Assembly (NCBI RefSeq): GCF_000315625.1
Contig: NW_005434673.1
Location: forward strand, 458,270 to 522,269
Direction: 5' to 3'
Source of the DNA: Guillardia theta CCMP2712
Lineage: Eukaryota > Protista > Cryptophyta
Length of the DNA stretch: 64,000 nucleotides
The notes below the pieces were generated by a model. It worked only from the letters and a program-made list of their open reading frames with translations, did not search any database and was not told the origin of the DNA. Within the stretch, counting starts at the first letter, position 1; each line of letters opens with the position of its first letter. Below are positions 11,836 to 24,200 of this stretch, piece after piece. A program made the position numbers and the translations under genes.

Positions 11836-14285
11836 ATGAGGGGTGAAGTGATCAGGCTCGGGTTGATCCTTTTCCTTGGGCTGGTTTCCGCATCAGGTAT
11901 GGCCTGTGCCCTCCTCTCCTCCTCTACCTCCTCCTGCTCACGGGGAGCTGCTACTCGTAGAACGATGCGAATCTCCCAACTACATGAAGACTACAGCATC
12001 TTGGAGGGCACACATGGGCACCAAGAGCCCATATCAACTGAATCACACTGCAGTCTTTACTACGCCAGGTTTTGATTTCAGGCCCCCAACGATGCTTACA
12101 AACGTGACGCAGGGACAAAAGTTGCAGAAGCCCCTATCGTATCTGAAGTAGAAGTCAGAGATGGAAGACCCCATGAGAAGACCCTCACTCCAGGTATTGG
12201 CAGGGATCGACCAACGACTCTAATGTGTGTCTGGGGCAGGCGACAAGCAGCACGGCGGAGCGAGCTCGCGCAGCTTGCCAGGTACAAGAGAAGCTAGCAG
12301 GAGCCATGCTGAGAGTTTCCATGTCTAGCGCCCAAAGTGACGAGACCAAGGTTCCAGTCGATGAGGGAGGACGTTCCGAGATCCGAGGTCCGCGGCCTCC
12401 CTGTCTCATGCTGGCCTTGACACTCTCGAGAAGCGTCTTAGCGAGGACTCGATCGTGGAGGAGCTCACGGGGAAGATGAAGGTCACCCGTGAAAGGCTGC
12501 AGCTGAGGAGAGAAAATGACACCTCCTCCCTCTTGTCTCCTTACGTTACCTTGACCTTTGCTCAGGTCCGCACGATGAGGTTTTGGATGTTGAAAGTGAC
12601 CATGCTCTGCAGACTTTGGACGGCAGCATAGCAACGCTCGACAGACGCCCGTTGGAGATCAGCTGCAACGAGTCCATGGTCATGACCCACCACCTGCGAT
12701 CTGTGCATGATTGCATCCTGGTTTGTTCCGAGCCTGCATCTCACGTGCTCCCTCCTCCCGGTCTGGCCTTGAGCCGCGTTTGACAGGTCGGCATTGGAAC
12801 GGTGAGGAGTGACGATCCGTCTCTGACTGTCAGACTTTGCAATGGGAGCAACCCGAAGCCGGTGAGCTGCTGTCTTCAACCGCTCTCCTCAGGGTTCAAT
12901 CTGTACTTCAGCCCACCTTGAACTTGTTCTCCTTCATATGTCGTGACTTCACTGTCATCAGGTCGTTCTGGACCCGAGACTGACGATCAGGAGAGACTGC
13001 CGGCTCTTGTCTTCACCTGCTTGTGTCAGGCCCATCGTTGCTTGCTCACGAGGTTTGCTTGCCTCCTACAATCTCACCGCCTTCTCCTTCGCCTCTTCCC
13101 TTTCTGTCCTCTCCTAATTGCTTTACCTCCCCCAAGAACAACAGCGCCGCCCTCTCTGCTCTTCCCCCTCCCTCTCTCTCCCTTCACTCCGCCCTCTCTA
13201 TTCTTCTCCCCTCTGCCCTCCCCTGCTCCTTCTCACTTGCAGCAGACCTGGTGAATTCTTCTCGAGCGGTCGAGCTTGAAGCTCTAGGGTGTACAGTGAT
13301 GGGCTGTGAATTGCAAGCCAATGGACATGTAGATCTTGTATCTGTGCTTTGCGGACTTGCTTCCCTTAGGATGAAATCTGTGATGGTGGAAGGAGGAGCA
13401 CAGGTTTGATTTCCTTGCCTACACTCTTTCTCTCTCCTCTCCTCTCCTCTCCTCTCCTCTCCTCTCCTCTCCTCTCCTCTCCTCTCCTCTCCTCTGCTCT
13501 GCTCTGCTCTGCTCTGCTCTGCTCTGCTCTGCTCTGCTCTGCTCTGCTCTGCTCTGCTCTGCTCTGCTCTCCTCTCTGTTTTTCACCCTCAATCTCCTCC
13601 CGATCCCATCCTTCCCTGCCTCCTTCCCCTCACTCCCGTCTCCCATCTGCTTTCGGTGCTTCTGTCTCGTCCCTGGTTCTCAACTTCGCTCAGGTCATTC
13701 GCTCGTTCCTCACATCTCGTCTCGTCAACTCTGTCATCATCACCGTCGCGCCCAAGTTGGCAGGAGGATTGTCAGCCCTCAGCAGGCCGCCCCAAGTTGA
13801 AACGTTTTCATCGTCAGGAGATGTGAAGGGCAGGGCAGGGCACGGAAACAAGGAGGATAAGGGGGATCATCAACGGGAGCAGGAAACAAAGAGCAAGCGC
13901 TTCTCCTTTCCCCATCCTCGTTTCATCAGGAGGGCATGGCAAAAGCTCTCTTGCGGGGCAAAGCAGCTACTCGACAGACTGTTGCAGCAGGGGGAAACCA
14001 AGGTGAGGGGCATAAGAGTTGACCTGCTCTGATTCTTGTCCACGTTAATGTCGTAGCCTCATTGTCCTCTTCTCCTTTCTCTTCCTTTCTTTCATCATGC
14101 TGTCCTCTCCTCCGATGTCGCCCTCTCAGTTCCAACAGGCGGATGATTCCTCCAACTTTGACCTGCTGACCCTCCGAGACGTGCGATATGTGCAAGTGGT
14201 GAGAGTTTGTTTTGACTTGTCCATCATCGCAACTCACTGGAATGTGCAGGGAGTGGATATGATTGTTCACGGCACTTTGTCATGA
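11836..14285 (+). CDS. RibD C-terminal / RIB7-type pyrimidine reductase of riboflavin synthesis, with N-terminal signal-like extension
   Basis: [14 protein letters not shown]...[26 protein letters not shown]; [35 protein letters not shown]; ends DMIVHGTLS*. Confidence 0.85.
13430..13578. repeat. Compound (CTCTC)n/(CTCTG)n microsatellite inside an intron
   Basis: Direct reading. Confidence 0.95.
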
Positions 14286-14397
14286 TCCTTCTTCCCAGCA
14301 TTCGAAAACTAAGATCTTTCAGATGTGCTCTGCACGTTTTCAAATCTTCTCATCGTTGTTTAACAAATAAAAATCTCGTCCTCCACTCGTTGAGCAC

Positions 14398-14563
14398 TCA
14401 CGAATTCTTCGACATGAAATTCTTCACCTTCTCTATCGCTGCCTGGACCTGCGGTAGGTGAGAGGACTGCAGCCCTGCGACTAACACGCTCCACCTCTGG
14501 CTCCGCTGCAAACTTGTTGGCCGCTGACGGATCCTTCCAAACACGTAAGTCACTTACGACCTC

Positions 14564-14616
<53 letters not shown>

Positions 14617-15870
14617 TCCTCCTCCTCCTCCTCCATTCTCCACCATCACCACCTTCTCACCTTGAGAACTTCTTGCGCCATCCGCATCACCTGCATGAAG
14701 ATGAGCGGGGAGACATGCTGGCGGATGAATCGGAAAGTCACCGTCGGATTTCGCAGGGCCTGCAACAACTCTTGATCCTGCCCAGAGTCATAAGACGAAG
14801 AGCCGGCAAGAAGAAGAGCGGAAAGAAAGGAAAGATATCGAGGGGAGAGAGGGCAATCGAAGGAAGAGGGGATAGGATAGACTGGGAGGCAACCAAACAC
14901 GGAGGTACAAGGGAGTGACAACAGTGGGTGTTGGGGTAGAGACAACCTGAAGGATAGCCTGAATCTTGTCCTTGCTCATGATATTCTTCATCATCTCCTG
15001 CATCATTCCCGACATCACTCAGGGAGGTGGGAGTATCGAGGCGACGTCACCGGATCAAAGATCCTCGAATCCTTCTTGTTCTGTTGAGCCTCCTCGGCAT
15101 TAACTTCCACCGCAGACTCCACGCCAGCCTCCTTCTCCTGCAAGCATCTTCTTCACCCCCCTCGTCGATGTGACAGTCGGCACGTCTCGTGACGAACTCA
15201 CATCTTCTGCCTGCACTTCTCCCTCTCCTACCGCCTCGGCCGCGAGCTGTCCGCCTCGTTCACGCCAGTCCCACATGGAGCCTCACAACTTGACTTCACC
15301 TGAAGGCGAGCCTCCACAAGTCGAGCAACAAGATCTGCAGTCCAGTCACATCCTGATAGTCCGCCAGCTTCCCACCTTCTTTCTCGAAGCAATCATTGAA
15401 CGACACCCCCCTTGTCACCAGCTCCTGGTCAACTAGTGAGGACGTGAGAGCGCTGTGACTGACAACCTGCTTGATCTCCTTGGTGCTCAGCGCTCTTACG
15501 CTCAGAACCTGCAACACGCTCCTGTAAGATGCAAGACAGACTCGACAAACTGTATCACAAGCTGGTCATATGCAGAGAGGACAAGCGGCTCTTCATCGTT
15601 GGCACACATCCTTGTCTTGGTTGAGCAAGCTCTGAGACTTGCGGGGCCTGGGTGGCATGTTGACAGCTGCTGCAAAGGATGAGAGGCGGGAGAACGTGAA
15701 GTAGAACATACTGATGTAGCTCTCAGCTGTACCGCTGGAACCGTAAGGAAACTTTGAGTGTTCTCTACAAGAAATCCTGTGAAGGAGTGAGGTATGCAGA
15801 AAACATCAAGAGGATTGAATGTTTCACTATCACTTACTGACCTGCGGCAAAAAGAAATGCACAAAGCCAG
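14398..15870 (-). CDS. Protein with a SAP/LEM-like helical motif and a C-terminal STI1/DP-like domain
   Basis: VRALSTKEIKQ/ELVTRGVSFNDCFEKE; C-terminus DQELLQALRNPT...MAQEVLK/DPSAANKFAAEPE/VQAAIEKVKNFMSKNS*; 5' end uncertain, may extend to about 16330. Confidence 0.55.
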
Positions 15871-16633
15871 AAAGAGATTCTGTATTCAAAATGTTATACT
15901 TTTACAAGCTGTTTCTCAACAAGGCTATTCATGGCCTTTTTCAAAGCAAACATTTGGGAAACCAAAGCATAATCCTTCAAAGCAAGTGTAGACGTCTTGG
16001 ATATGCATGCGATCATGGTCAACCACAAAATTTAAAATATAATCTCGATCGGATGATTTCAGAGCAAGAAATCGATGAACTTGCAAGTGAGTTCAAGGGG
16101 TGGGAAGCAACGAAAAGAAAAGAATACAAGGCTCATTAGAGGATTCAGAGCTTCTACAGAGGAAGAAGAGTTGGAGCAGACAAGGAGAGGAGAGGAGAGG
16201 AGAGGAGAGGAGAGGAGAGGAGAGGAAACAGAAACGAGCAGGAGGAGGAGGAGGAGGAGGAGGGGCGGGCGTGCAGGAGAGGCGGAGGAGACGGAGACTG
16301 TGGATGGTTCGGGGGCCGCTAACCTTGACATCATGCCCGACTGACTGCGAACCCCACCCTCGTGAATTGATGGCATTTGGAGGGGTGTGATTCAGGTTCG
16401 GGGTCATGAATGTATTATTAAAATATAATAAATTTCCAAAGGCTTCAAGCTTTATACGGAGTTCTGGAAGCGTGGTACAGATTTGCTCTTGCTTATTTAT
16501 ATTTAGATCATTTCAGTTGTATCAGGTTTGACAAAGCTATTGGTACCAGAAGGAAGCATTTCGTACTGCACCAGTACGAAAGACGAAGGTACCAGTCAGA
16601 TTATATAAAGCCTTCTGAGCCAACGTGCGGCAA

Positions 16634-16705
16634 GCGTTCGTAGTGTAGTGGTTAGCACATCAGCCTTCCAAGCTGGTGGCCCGGGTTCGAGTCCCGGCGA
16701 TCGCA
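16634..16705 (+). tRNA. tRNA-Gly (anticodon TCC)
   Basis: Cloverleaf GCGTTCG...CGATCGC-A with one T:T mismatch; D-loop AGTGGTTA; anticodon arm TCAGC-CTTCCAA-GCTGG; T-arm CCGGG-TTCGAGT-CCCGG; TATATAAA about 30 bp upstream; T5 Pol III terminator at 16709-16713. Confidence 0.95.
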
Positions 16706-17099
16706 GACTTTTTGCTCTGCCACGCTTCGTCTAACTCTTTTTACTATCTCAGTACGGTCGGTATCATACGCCGGAACCGCCGCTGAACTTCCGAACATTG
16801 AACTGAGTCAGACTAGCCAGGGACTCAGGGGCCTGCACTTGAGTGTGCAGCTGCTACTACGGCCGCTGAATGAGAGGCGGGCGGGGCCCCGAACTTCCGA
16901 AGGGCCTTGAAGTTGGAATGACTGTGAGGTATTTATTACAGGCGAACTCAACCGTCCGATCGAGCCTCGGATCATTCCATGACGGTATCTTGCGCATCGT
17001 CGGCCTCTACATGGCAGCAGACTATGTCCACCTGGAAGGGACATGGGACGTGGACTATCATGCTGTCTTGAGAGATCCCGGGGGGAAGCTCGCCGCCCT

Positions 17100-19547
17100 G
17101 CTCTCACCCTGTCAGCGGCAAGGCTCAGCACACTGGAGGATGCACCTGCATGTGAGGCTTGACTCCTTGCATCTCAGCTAGGACCCTGGCCTCAATCTTT
17201 TGCTCTCTCGCTATGTCTTCTTCCATGTGCCTGAGGTTCAGCCTGGAGTCACGGAGAGGGGCAGGAGATGTGGAAGGAGCTTGAGGAATCTGGGGTTAGG
17301 AAGGCGTGCTGTGCAAGATTGTGAGATGGAGGAGGGGAGGGTGGGGGAAGAGGAGGTGGAGATAGAGGAGGGAGCTGCAAATTCCAAAGGTTGGGAGAGG
17401 AGGGCAGGAGAGCAGCAGGGGAGGGAGGGGGGACGTAGGACGTATGTTGAGTGGACGAGAAAGACCTGAACTTGAGCTCGAGTTCTTTCACGCGAGTCTC
17501 AACGACGGACTTCCTGATGTCTTCGGACTTGATCTCAGAGATTCGGTTCGTCAGCTTCTTGGAATCCTTTATGTAGTGCTGCCCGCACGTGAGTTCTTTC
17601 ACTAAGAGCCGATCTCCCCACAATCTCCTCCTTCTCACCTTCTGCCTAGCGAGGAAGTCGCAAGTGGATCTAAATATTCCCTGGCAAGGAAAACGTCAGG
17701 AGCTTTCGCGGGAGAGGAGAGGGCAAGTTGAAGAAACAGGATTTGTCAACGGAGCCACAAAGTAGCAAAGAGGATCTTGAAACAATCCCCTACCACGTTG
17801 GGCTGGATCTGCAAATCTCGACACTCTTGCTCGAGTTGATCGCTGATGCTCGTCCGCAGCATAGTCCACTGCTGGTGGAACCTCTCCGCAAGCTTCTTCC
17901 TCGCTCGCATGTGCTCGTCACCCCCCTCGCTGAGTTTGCTCAGGTCGGACCAGAAGGAAGTCTGCTCGATGGATCGCGGCACGTCAAGAGCTTTCCAAAA
18001 CAACGGGCATCTCACATTCGTCTTCTCCAGGATCTGATACTCGAAGGGAGCCCCGCGATGGAGGTTCGGGTCTGTGTGGCACGTGTCGTCTGAGGAGGAG
18101 CCCTTCTTGGGGGGTGAGAGGTAGAAGGTGGAGTCAATGGCAAGGCTGCAAGGGAGAAGGCTCCGCCCTGCCCCCCTTGTCAAGGCTTTCTTGGTCCCCA
18201 GAGCTTCACTTTACCTGCACTCTGCTTCTTCAATCCCTTGGGTTTTGCCTCCTTCTCCTTGTCAGCCTTTCTGCCCTCCTCGGAGACACGCGGCTTCTTG
18301 AGCAGCTTCTCGACCTTCTCACTACAAGGCAGAGGCGAGCTCGCTTCTCTTCGGGGCTTCGCCATCACCTGCAACGAGCAGTGAGATGGGCAGGTGATGA
18401 GTTGTTCTCACCGGCCGCCATTGCTGCTCAAGAGCTCGATCGAGCCTGGCAAGAGCTTGATCCGAGACGTAGGAATTCCCGTTGACAACAATCTTGAATG
18501 TAATGGTCAGAGAAATTGAGACTTTCGCCCCAAGAGAGATGGTCCGAAGTGGAGTTCTCGAGGAACAGCAACAGCAAGAACCAAAGTATTGGCGCAAAGG
18601 GAGAAGGCAGTAACGAATCAATTCTCACTTCCAGTTGTCCTTGCGGTCGCATCGCAGCAATCAGCGCATACACTCCATCGTCGCGAATGTCATTGTACCC
18701 AAGATACAACTTCTGGAGAGTCACATTCTGTGATAAAATTTCTGAAAGGTGCCTGCAAACAGAACATAATAAGGATGAAATGCTCCTTGTGCAACCATTT
18801 TCATCGCAATTTCCTCCACAACAAACACCCACCTGCATCCGACATCCGATATTTGATTCATCTGCAGGTCCAAGTGCTTGATAGTCTTGTTCTTCAAGAA
18901 GAGGTCACGGATCAAAAGGCATCCCTTGTCCCCAACTCCTGTTACATCCATCCCCTCAGTTCGTCCCCGCCAGTAATCCGCTCCCTCACCGCATCCTTCA
19001 AGGTCGAGTCTCTCGGTCGAGGTGTTGTTTGCGAGAGCATCACATAGAGAGTTCAAGCTCACGAAGGGGATGAGCGCGGTGATCTTCAAATCGCAGCCTG
19101 ATTCGTTGTTTTCGATCCTAGCAAGCAGCTGCGCTGATACTTTGGTCGCAGTGGTTCTGCTCGTCCTGGGCCTGTCGCACCCACATCATTTCCGCTCTTA
19201 TCTTGAAGGAGATATTGATACTTTGAAGGAGCTGAATCCTTCTCGCTCAAACTCTCTGATCTGCCTTCTGATTCCCTTGCCTGTAATCGAGTCAGCTCCC
19301 ACGTGGATGGTAACTTCCCAACCTCGTCGAATGCCAGCTTCCTCTTGAGCTCAATTTCTTCGTTTTGGTCTTCGCCATCGAGATCTTGCACGTCCAAGAC
19401 GGGCATCGGGGTAGAATCAATGCAGTCATCCATGGTTTTCTGTTGTCTTTCCATCGAGTTGCAGGCTGACGTAGGAAGGGAGTGTTGTCGCTCCTTCGCA
19501 TCTCTGGGCGCAGGTGTGCTAGCCATATCGACGGAATACACCTGCAT
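17100..19547 (-). CDS. Leucine-rich-repeat (RNase-inhibitor-like) protein, multi-exon
   Basis: LCDALANNTSTERLDLEGC/GVGDKGCLLIRDLFLKNKTIKHLDLQMNQISDVGCR/HLSEILSQNVTLQKLYLGYNDIRDDGVYAL; ends approximate. Confidence 0.8.
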
Positions 19548-19931
19548 TATTTCAGGATCGTTGAAATAATTGAGAGTAACACAGCTTCTAGAGTTTCTGC
19601 ATCCATGGGAATGAAAGGAACGAAATTCATGGCAAGCTCAAAAGGGCCGAGCATGGAGGATAGCGGGAGCCCACATGTTCCTTTATCAGCATCTATGATC
19701 CGTGCCTTAACCCCCCTCCAGTCAGGCTCCTCCTGACCCCCCGTCCTCCTATCCTTCCTTCCCATATGCTCAACCATTGCTACTCCTCCCCTGCCACCCT
19801 GCCCCTCCAATGCGCGGGAAACTTTTGAACTGTATTTTAACCCCCTCGTTTTAGCTCATTTTTGGGGGTAAGGGTGGTCCGTTAGTGCTTCGGAAGTGAG
19901 GAGTTGGCGAAAGAGCATCAAGCGCTCGAGT

Positions 19932-20199
<268 letters not shown>

Positions 20200-21158
20200 C
20201 AAGGAGCATAGACGAGGGGGGACTGATGATGGAGATAAGCATAGGTGGGCAAGGAGCAGAGAGTCGCGAGTGTGAGAAACTATGCAGTTGGCATGGGGAG
20301 ACACGTTTAGTGGGCCGAAGATGATCAACATACATTTTACACATGGCAACATGTTTGAAGGTGCAGAAAGAGCGCTGTAAGCTGCCAAGTGAGGGCAGTA
20401 ATGACAAAGTGTGAAAGAATATGGTAGAAGTGAAAACGAGTGGGAATGGGAACGAGGTTGAAGAATATGCAAGGCTCCGCTGTGTACAAGTTGATAGAAG
20501 GCTTCATTGATTGCAAAAATAGATCAGGCCACATGAATAGATCATTTCACATATGCACAATGATACCGAACAACAAACCTAACACTGCATGGGGAGAACG
20601 ATACATACATCTTGATGAATGATATTGTTCAAAGAGGACTCGTGTTGTTCAAGTCAACACATCTGATCTCTTGATCTCCGTTTGTGGGGCGATACTTCTC
20701 CGAAGGCGATGCTTCGTGTCAAAGCGATCTACCACCACTTTATTGTATTCCAATTGACTTGACGACTTCATTGTGAAACTATCTCCAAACTGCCTGTGCA
20801 CCTGCAAATGCAAGCAACAACAATGTCGAAAAGCATTGCAAGAAGTTGATCTTCCCTGGATTGCATAGCATGAAAATATCATGATTCTCGGCTTTTGTAT
20901 GCAGCTAAACCATCATATATGAGAACGACACATTCAGATGCCTCATGTAATGTTGTAACGGTTCTTTCGTGTCACACAACTGATCATCTACCTGGCGATA
21001 ATGATGTTCAGATTTCTTCTTTAGGGTAATCTTGTGCAGGGCATAAGTCAATCAACATCTAACTCTTTGTGATGAATTTATTGATACATTCGAATAGCCT
21101 AGTCCTTAATAAAATTACAACATATCACATGGTTTGCGTGCCAACCCCACTACTCTAA

Positions 21159-21566
21159 TCACACAGAATTTCGACGTACGATGTCTGCCTGGATTTCCGA
21201 ACCAATGACTCGATTATAGAGTGCTCTGCAAGAATGATTTTCTTGAGAAAAGTGAGTCTTATTCAAGAGTCTTACACTCAGCTTTTGATACTTCTCAGGT
21301 GGACCGAGCTCACACGAAATATCTTGGGTTGACTGTGGATAAAATGTAACAGGGCCGCAAACTGCGCATGGCCCTGACACTCCGTCGTACGCACTCCGGA
21401 TGGAATCGGTATTTACAACAAAGGATGGCGCGATCGTATGGCATGGAGTGGCCTCTGATCCAGTCTGTTTTGCATTTGCTCGCAAGTCTTCGAACATCTT
21501 TCCATTGGAATTGCAGATTGGCACGGAGACAAAAACTTCGCGCAACGGGGAAGAGACGATAGACAT
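21159..21566 (-). CDS. Small intronless hypothetical protein (135 aa), RALYNR-motif member 1
   Basis: ATG-initiated ORF whose C-terminus aligns with ORF 22644-22922. Confidence 0.6.
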   Translation of the reverse strand: MSIVSSPLREVFVSVPICNSNGKMFEDLRANAKQTGSEATPCHTIAPSFVVNTDSIRSAYDGVSGPCAVCGPVTFYPQSTQDISCELGPPEKYQKLSVRLLNKTHFSQENHSCRALYNRVIGSEIQADIVRRNSV

Positions 21567-22459
21567 GTTCCAAGAGACTGAAGACGGAGAGGAGGAAGCG
21601 AACTGCGAGCAGGTGAAGAGCGCTGTGCAGGGAAGCGAGGAGGCCCGGAGGGACGGTTTTGTGCTGATCCAGTTTCAACTGTTATTATAGGAGGGCTGCG
21701 CCTTGCGAGCTGAAGGGGAACAATCTAGTGGTTGTGTCGTTTAGGAGACGAAAATGAAACATTTCGCCTTTTTACTAAACACTTATAGCGCACGGGAGCG
21801 GTGCTGAGCTCCGAAATGGCACGGGAGCTGATCTCGGGGTCTCCGACCCCCAAAATTCACCGTAAGTTTGAGTGTTTTTTTACACAAATACGCGCCATGA
21901 CAGGTCACTTCCGGGTTTGGTACTGGAACGGTGCAATCTCGAGACCTCGGCTACTTCTGGTCTATTTTTCACAAATATTTCAAATTTCGCCTCTGTATTT
22001 TGAACTTGCATTGGAAGTATTTGAATGATACCTTAGCAGCAAAGAGTCGCTCGGAGCCTCACAAAGCAGACCAAACGGTACCGAGTGCATCTCCGAGTTC
22101 AGATAGAAGGAGGAGGGGGTGGCAAATTCCCTAAAATGCAGGGGTGGTTTCTGTCATCAATTACATTACTACAGCGTCAAGAGACGCCGACCAAACCGAC
22201 ACGACGGCCCCATGGGAGGGTGTTCTGCAACCCCTTCACCTTATGACCCCATCAACTCACCAGTCAGTCTGTTTTCGTTTCTTGGTACAAATGAAGGGGT
22301 TTAAGACTGGTGGGGTCATACCACCCACCTCCAGCAGATGCACAATCTGCCTCTCGATCTTCCCCACCTGTATGAAGTACCAACCGAAACTATCTTTGTA
22401 TCTCAACGTGCCTGCTCTTGCTCTCGCCGCCCCTTGTACTTTTAGTGTGTGACAGCAAC

Positions 22460-22555
22460 TCCTTCTGCTCCTTCTGCTCCTTCTGCTCCTTCTGCTCCTT
22501 CTACCCCCCCTGCTCCTTCTGCTTCCCCTGCTTCTGCTCCCCCTGCTCCTTCTGT
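22460..22555. repeat. 9-bp tandem repeat (CTCCTTCTG)n, degenerate
   Basis: Direct reading. Confidence 0.85.
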
Positions 22556-22643
22556 TCCATCCTCTGTTCCCCAAGTGCTCTCTAGCTTTCAGCTCTGATA
22601 CAGCCCGAGGAATATTTATCCTTGTATACCTTTCAGTACGAGA

Positions 22644-22922
22644 ATGATAGAAGCCCATCGCGTTAGCTTGCTGAATCAGATTGAATGCGATGAAGCATCA
22701 TCAAAGCAAGAATGCCTGGATGTAACAGCAACGAATCAAAATCAGACTCCGAGCCCGCCAAAACCATATCGTCGGTTGACGCTGAGTACGATCAGTTCGC
22801 TGAACAAAACCTTGCACCTCCATGCAAAGCAAGATACGTCAAGAGCCTTGTACAACAGATTAGTTGGTGCTGAGCTACAGGCGGAGTTTGAACTTTTTAA
22901 ACGATGCACCAGTGCTCCATGA
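22644..22922 (+). CDS. Small intronless hypothetical protein (92 aa), RALYNR-motif member 2
   Basis: ATG-initiated ORF; PPKPYRRLTL...LNKT...RALYNRLVGAELQAE matches member 1. Confidence 0.6.
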   Translation: MIEAHRVSLLNQIECDEASSKQECLDVTATNQNQTPSPPKPYRRLTLSTISSLNKTLHLHAKQDTSRALYNRLVGAELQAEFELFKRCTSAP

Positions 22923-22999
22923 AGTCAAAGCTTGTGATTAGACACTGATTGAAAGATGAGAATAAAAAATGAAGTTCTTCAATGCGATCCTGTCATGCC

Positions 23000-23830
23000 T
23001 CGAAGGCTCACTAAAGGTGGTAGCAGGCATCCATCTCCCATGCTCAAAGAACCACTGCTGGGTCACGCAAAGGTGTCCTTCAGGGGTCCTGAACAGGACC
23101 CTTGTGCACTATCGAGCATTTTGAAACCGTACGCTCTCTCCATCGGCCTGACTTTGCTGGGACAGAGGAACAGTATCTACACATTATTGAGAGCAGCTGT
23201 ACTCAGACAAGAGAAAAAAAAGACTCCCGTCGTCCTGGGATTGTGGTGCAGAGTCGGTCAACGAGAAGAATGTGGCCACAAGCTCATGGCACAGGTCAGT
23301 TTGTTGCAAGAAAGAAGTCGGCAAAGCAATAGGGACAGGAGTTCTTCGTACCTCCACCTACTTGTCTGAATTTCGCATCCATCAGGCGAATACTCTTCGT
23401 CAGCTGCTCAGGAGGTGGTAGCGGTCGAACAGCCTCGGCAAGCTTACCCAAGTGTTGGCGCCAAACTGAGAAAACCTGGCAAGTTTCAAGACCTTCCCCG
23501 TCAAACTTGACGTTCAACACTAAGTTCTCTCTCACAACTTGTTGACGGGGTACAAATTGAGCCGCGAGTACAGCGACATCCTGAGTCCTCTTAGAGACTG
23601 AATCTAACACGTCGAGGATGCAGGTCTGCCATGACGAGATGGAAGTCGACCTGAAACCAACCACCATCATCCCTGATCTGATCCCACTGTTCACGGTATG
23701 CCTCTGCTGAGAGTGCAGCTCTTCTCGATCGAAAGAGCAGCGAGTGACAAGGAGGAGGAGTAGGGTGGGAAGGATCAAGACCCTGTAGACCTTTGGGGCA
23801 GAGGAGCAGCTGACACAGCATGTTCATGCC
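23000..23830 (-). CDS. Hypothetical protein, probably multi-exon
   Basis: 160-aa open frame 23296-23778 containing a likely GT donor near 23360; no motif recognised. Confidence 0.35.
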
Positions 23831-24200
23831 ATTGCGCAGGTAAAGGCTCCTGTCTATCAGTAGTTCCCGAACTGACGGGAACTACTGATAGGCTGCCAAG
23901 TCCGTCCTGCCACCGTCGCACAGCGCCTCCCTGGTTTGCTCAGTTGCACAATCACTTGAGTGTACTGAGGAACAGCGGGGACTCGGAACTGAATTTGAGT
24001 CAAATTGGCCTCGAATTCTGATTGAGCATGACAAGGAAAAGAAGAAGATCACTGAATGTTCATCACCATTTTCAAATGCACATTACTTGTTACAGCATAG
24101 TAAATGAGTTAGTGGTTCCTGTAGCCCGTTATCGCTCCCGGTCTACTACCCTCCTGCATTGCTTTGCAGTATCATGCAACCATGACGGTGATCAAGTGAA

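Noticed and set aside
20649-20882. Third RALYNR-family member
   Set aside because: The motif is absent and coding status is unsupported
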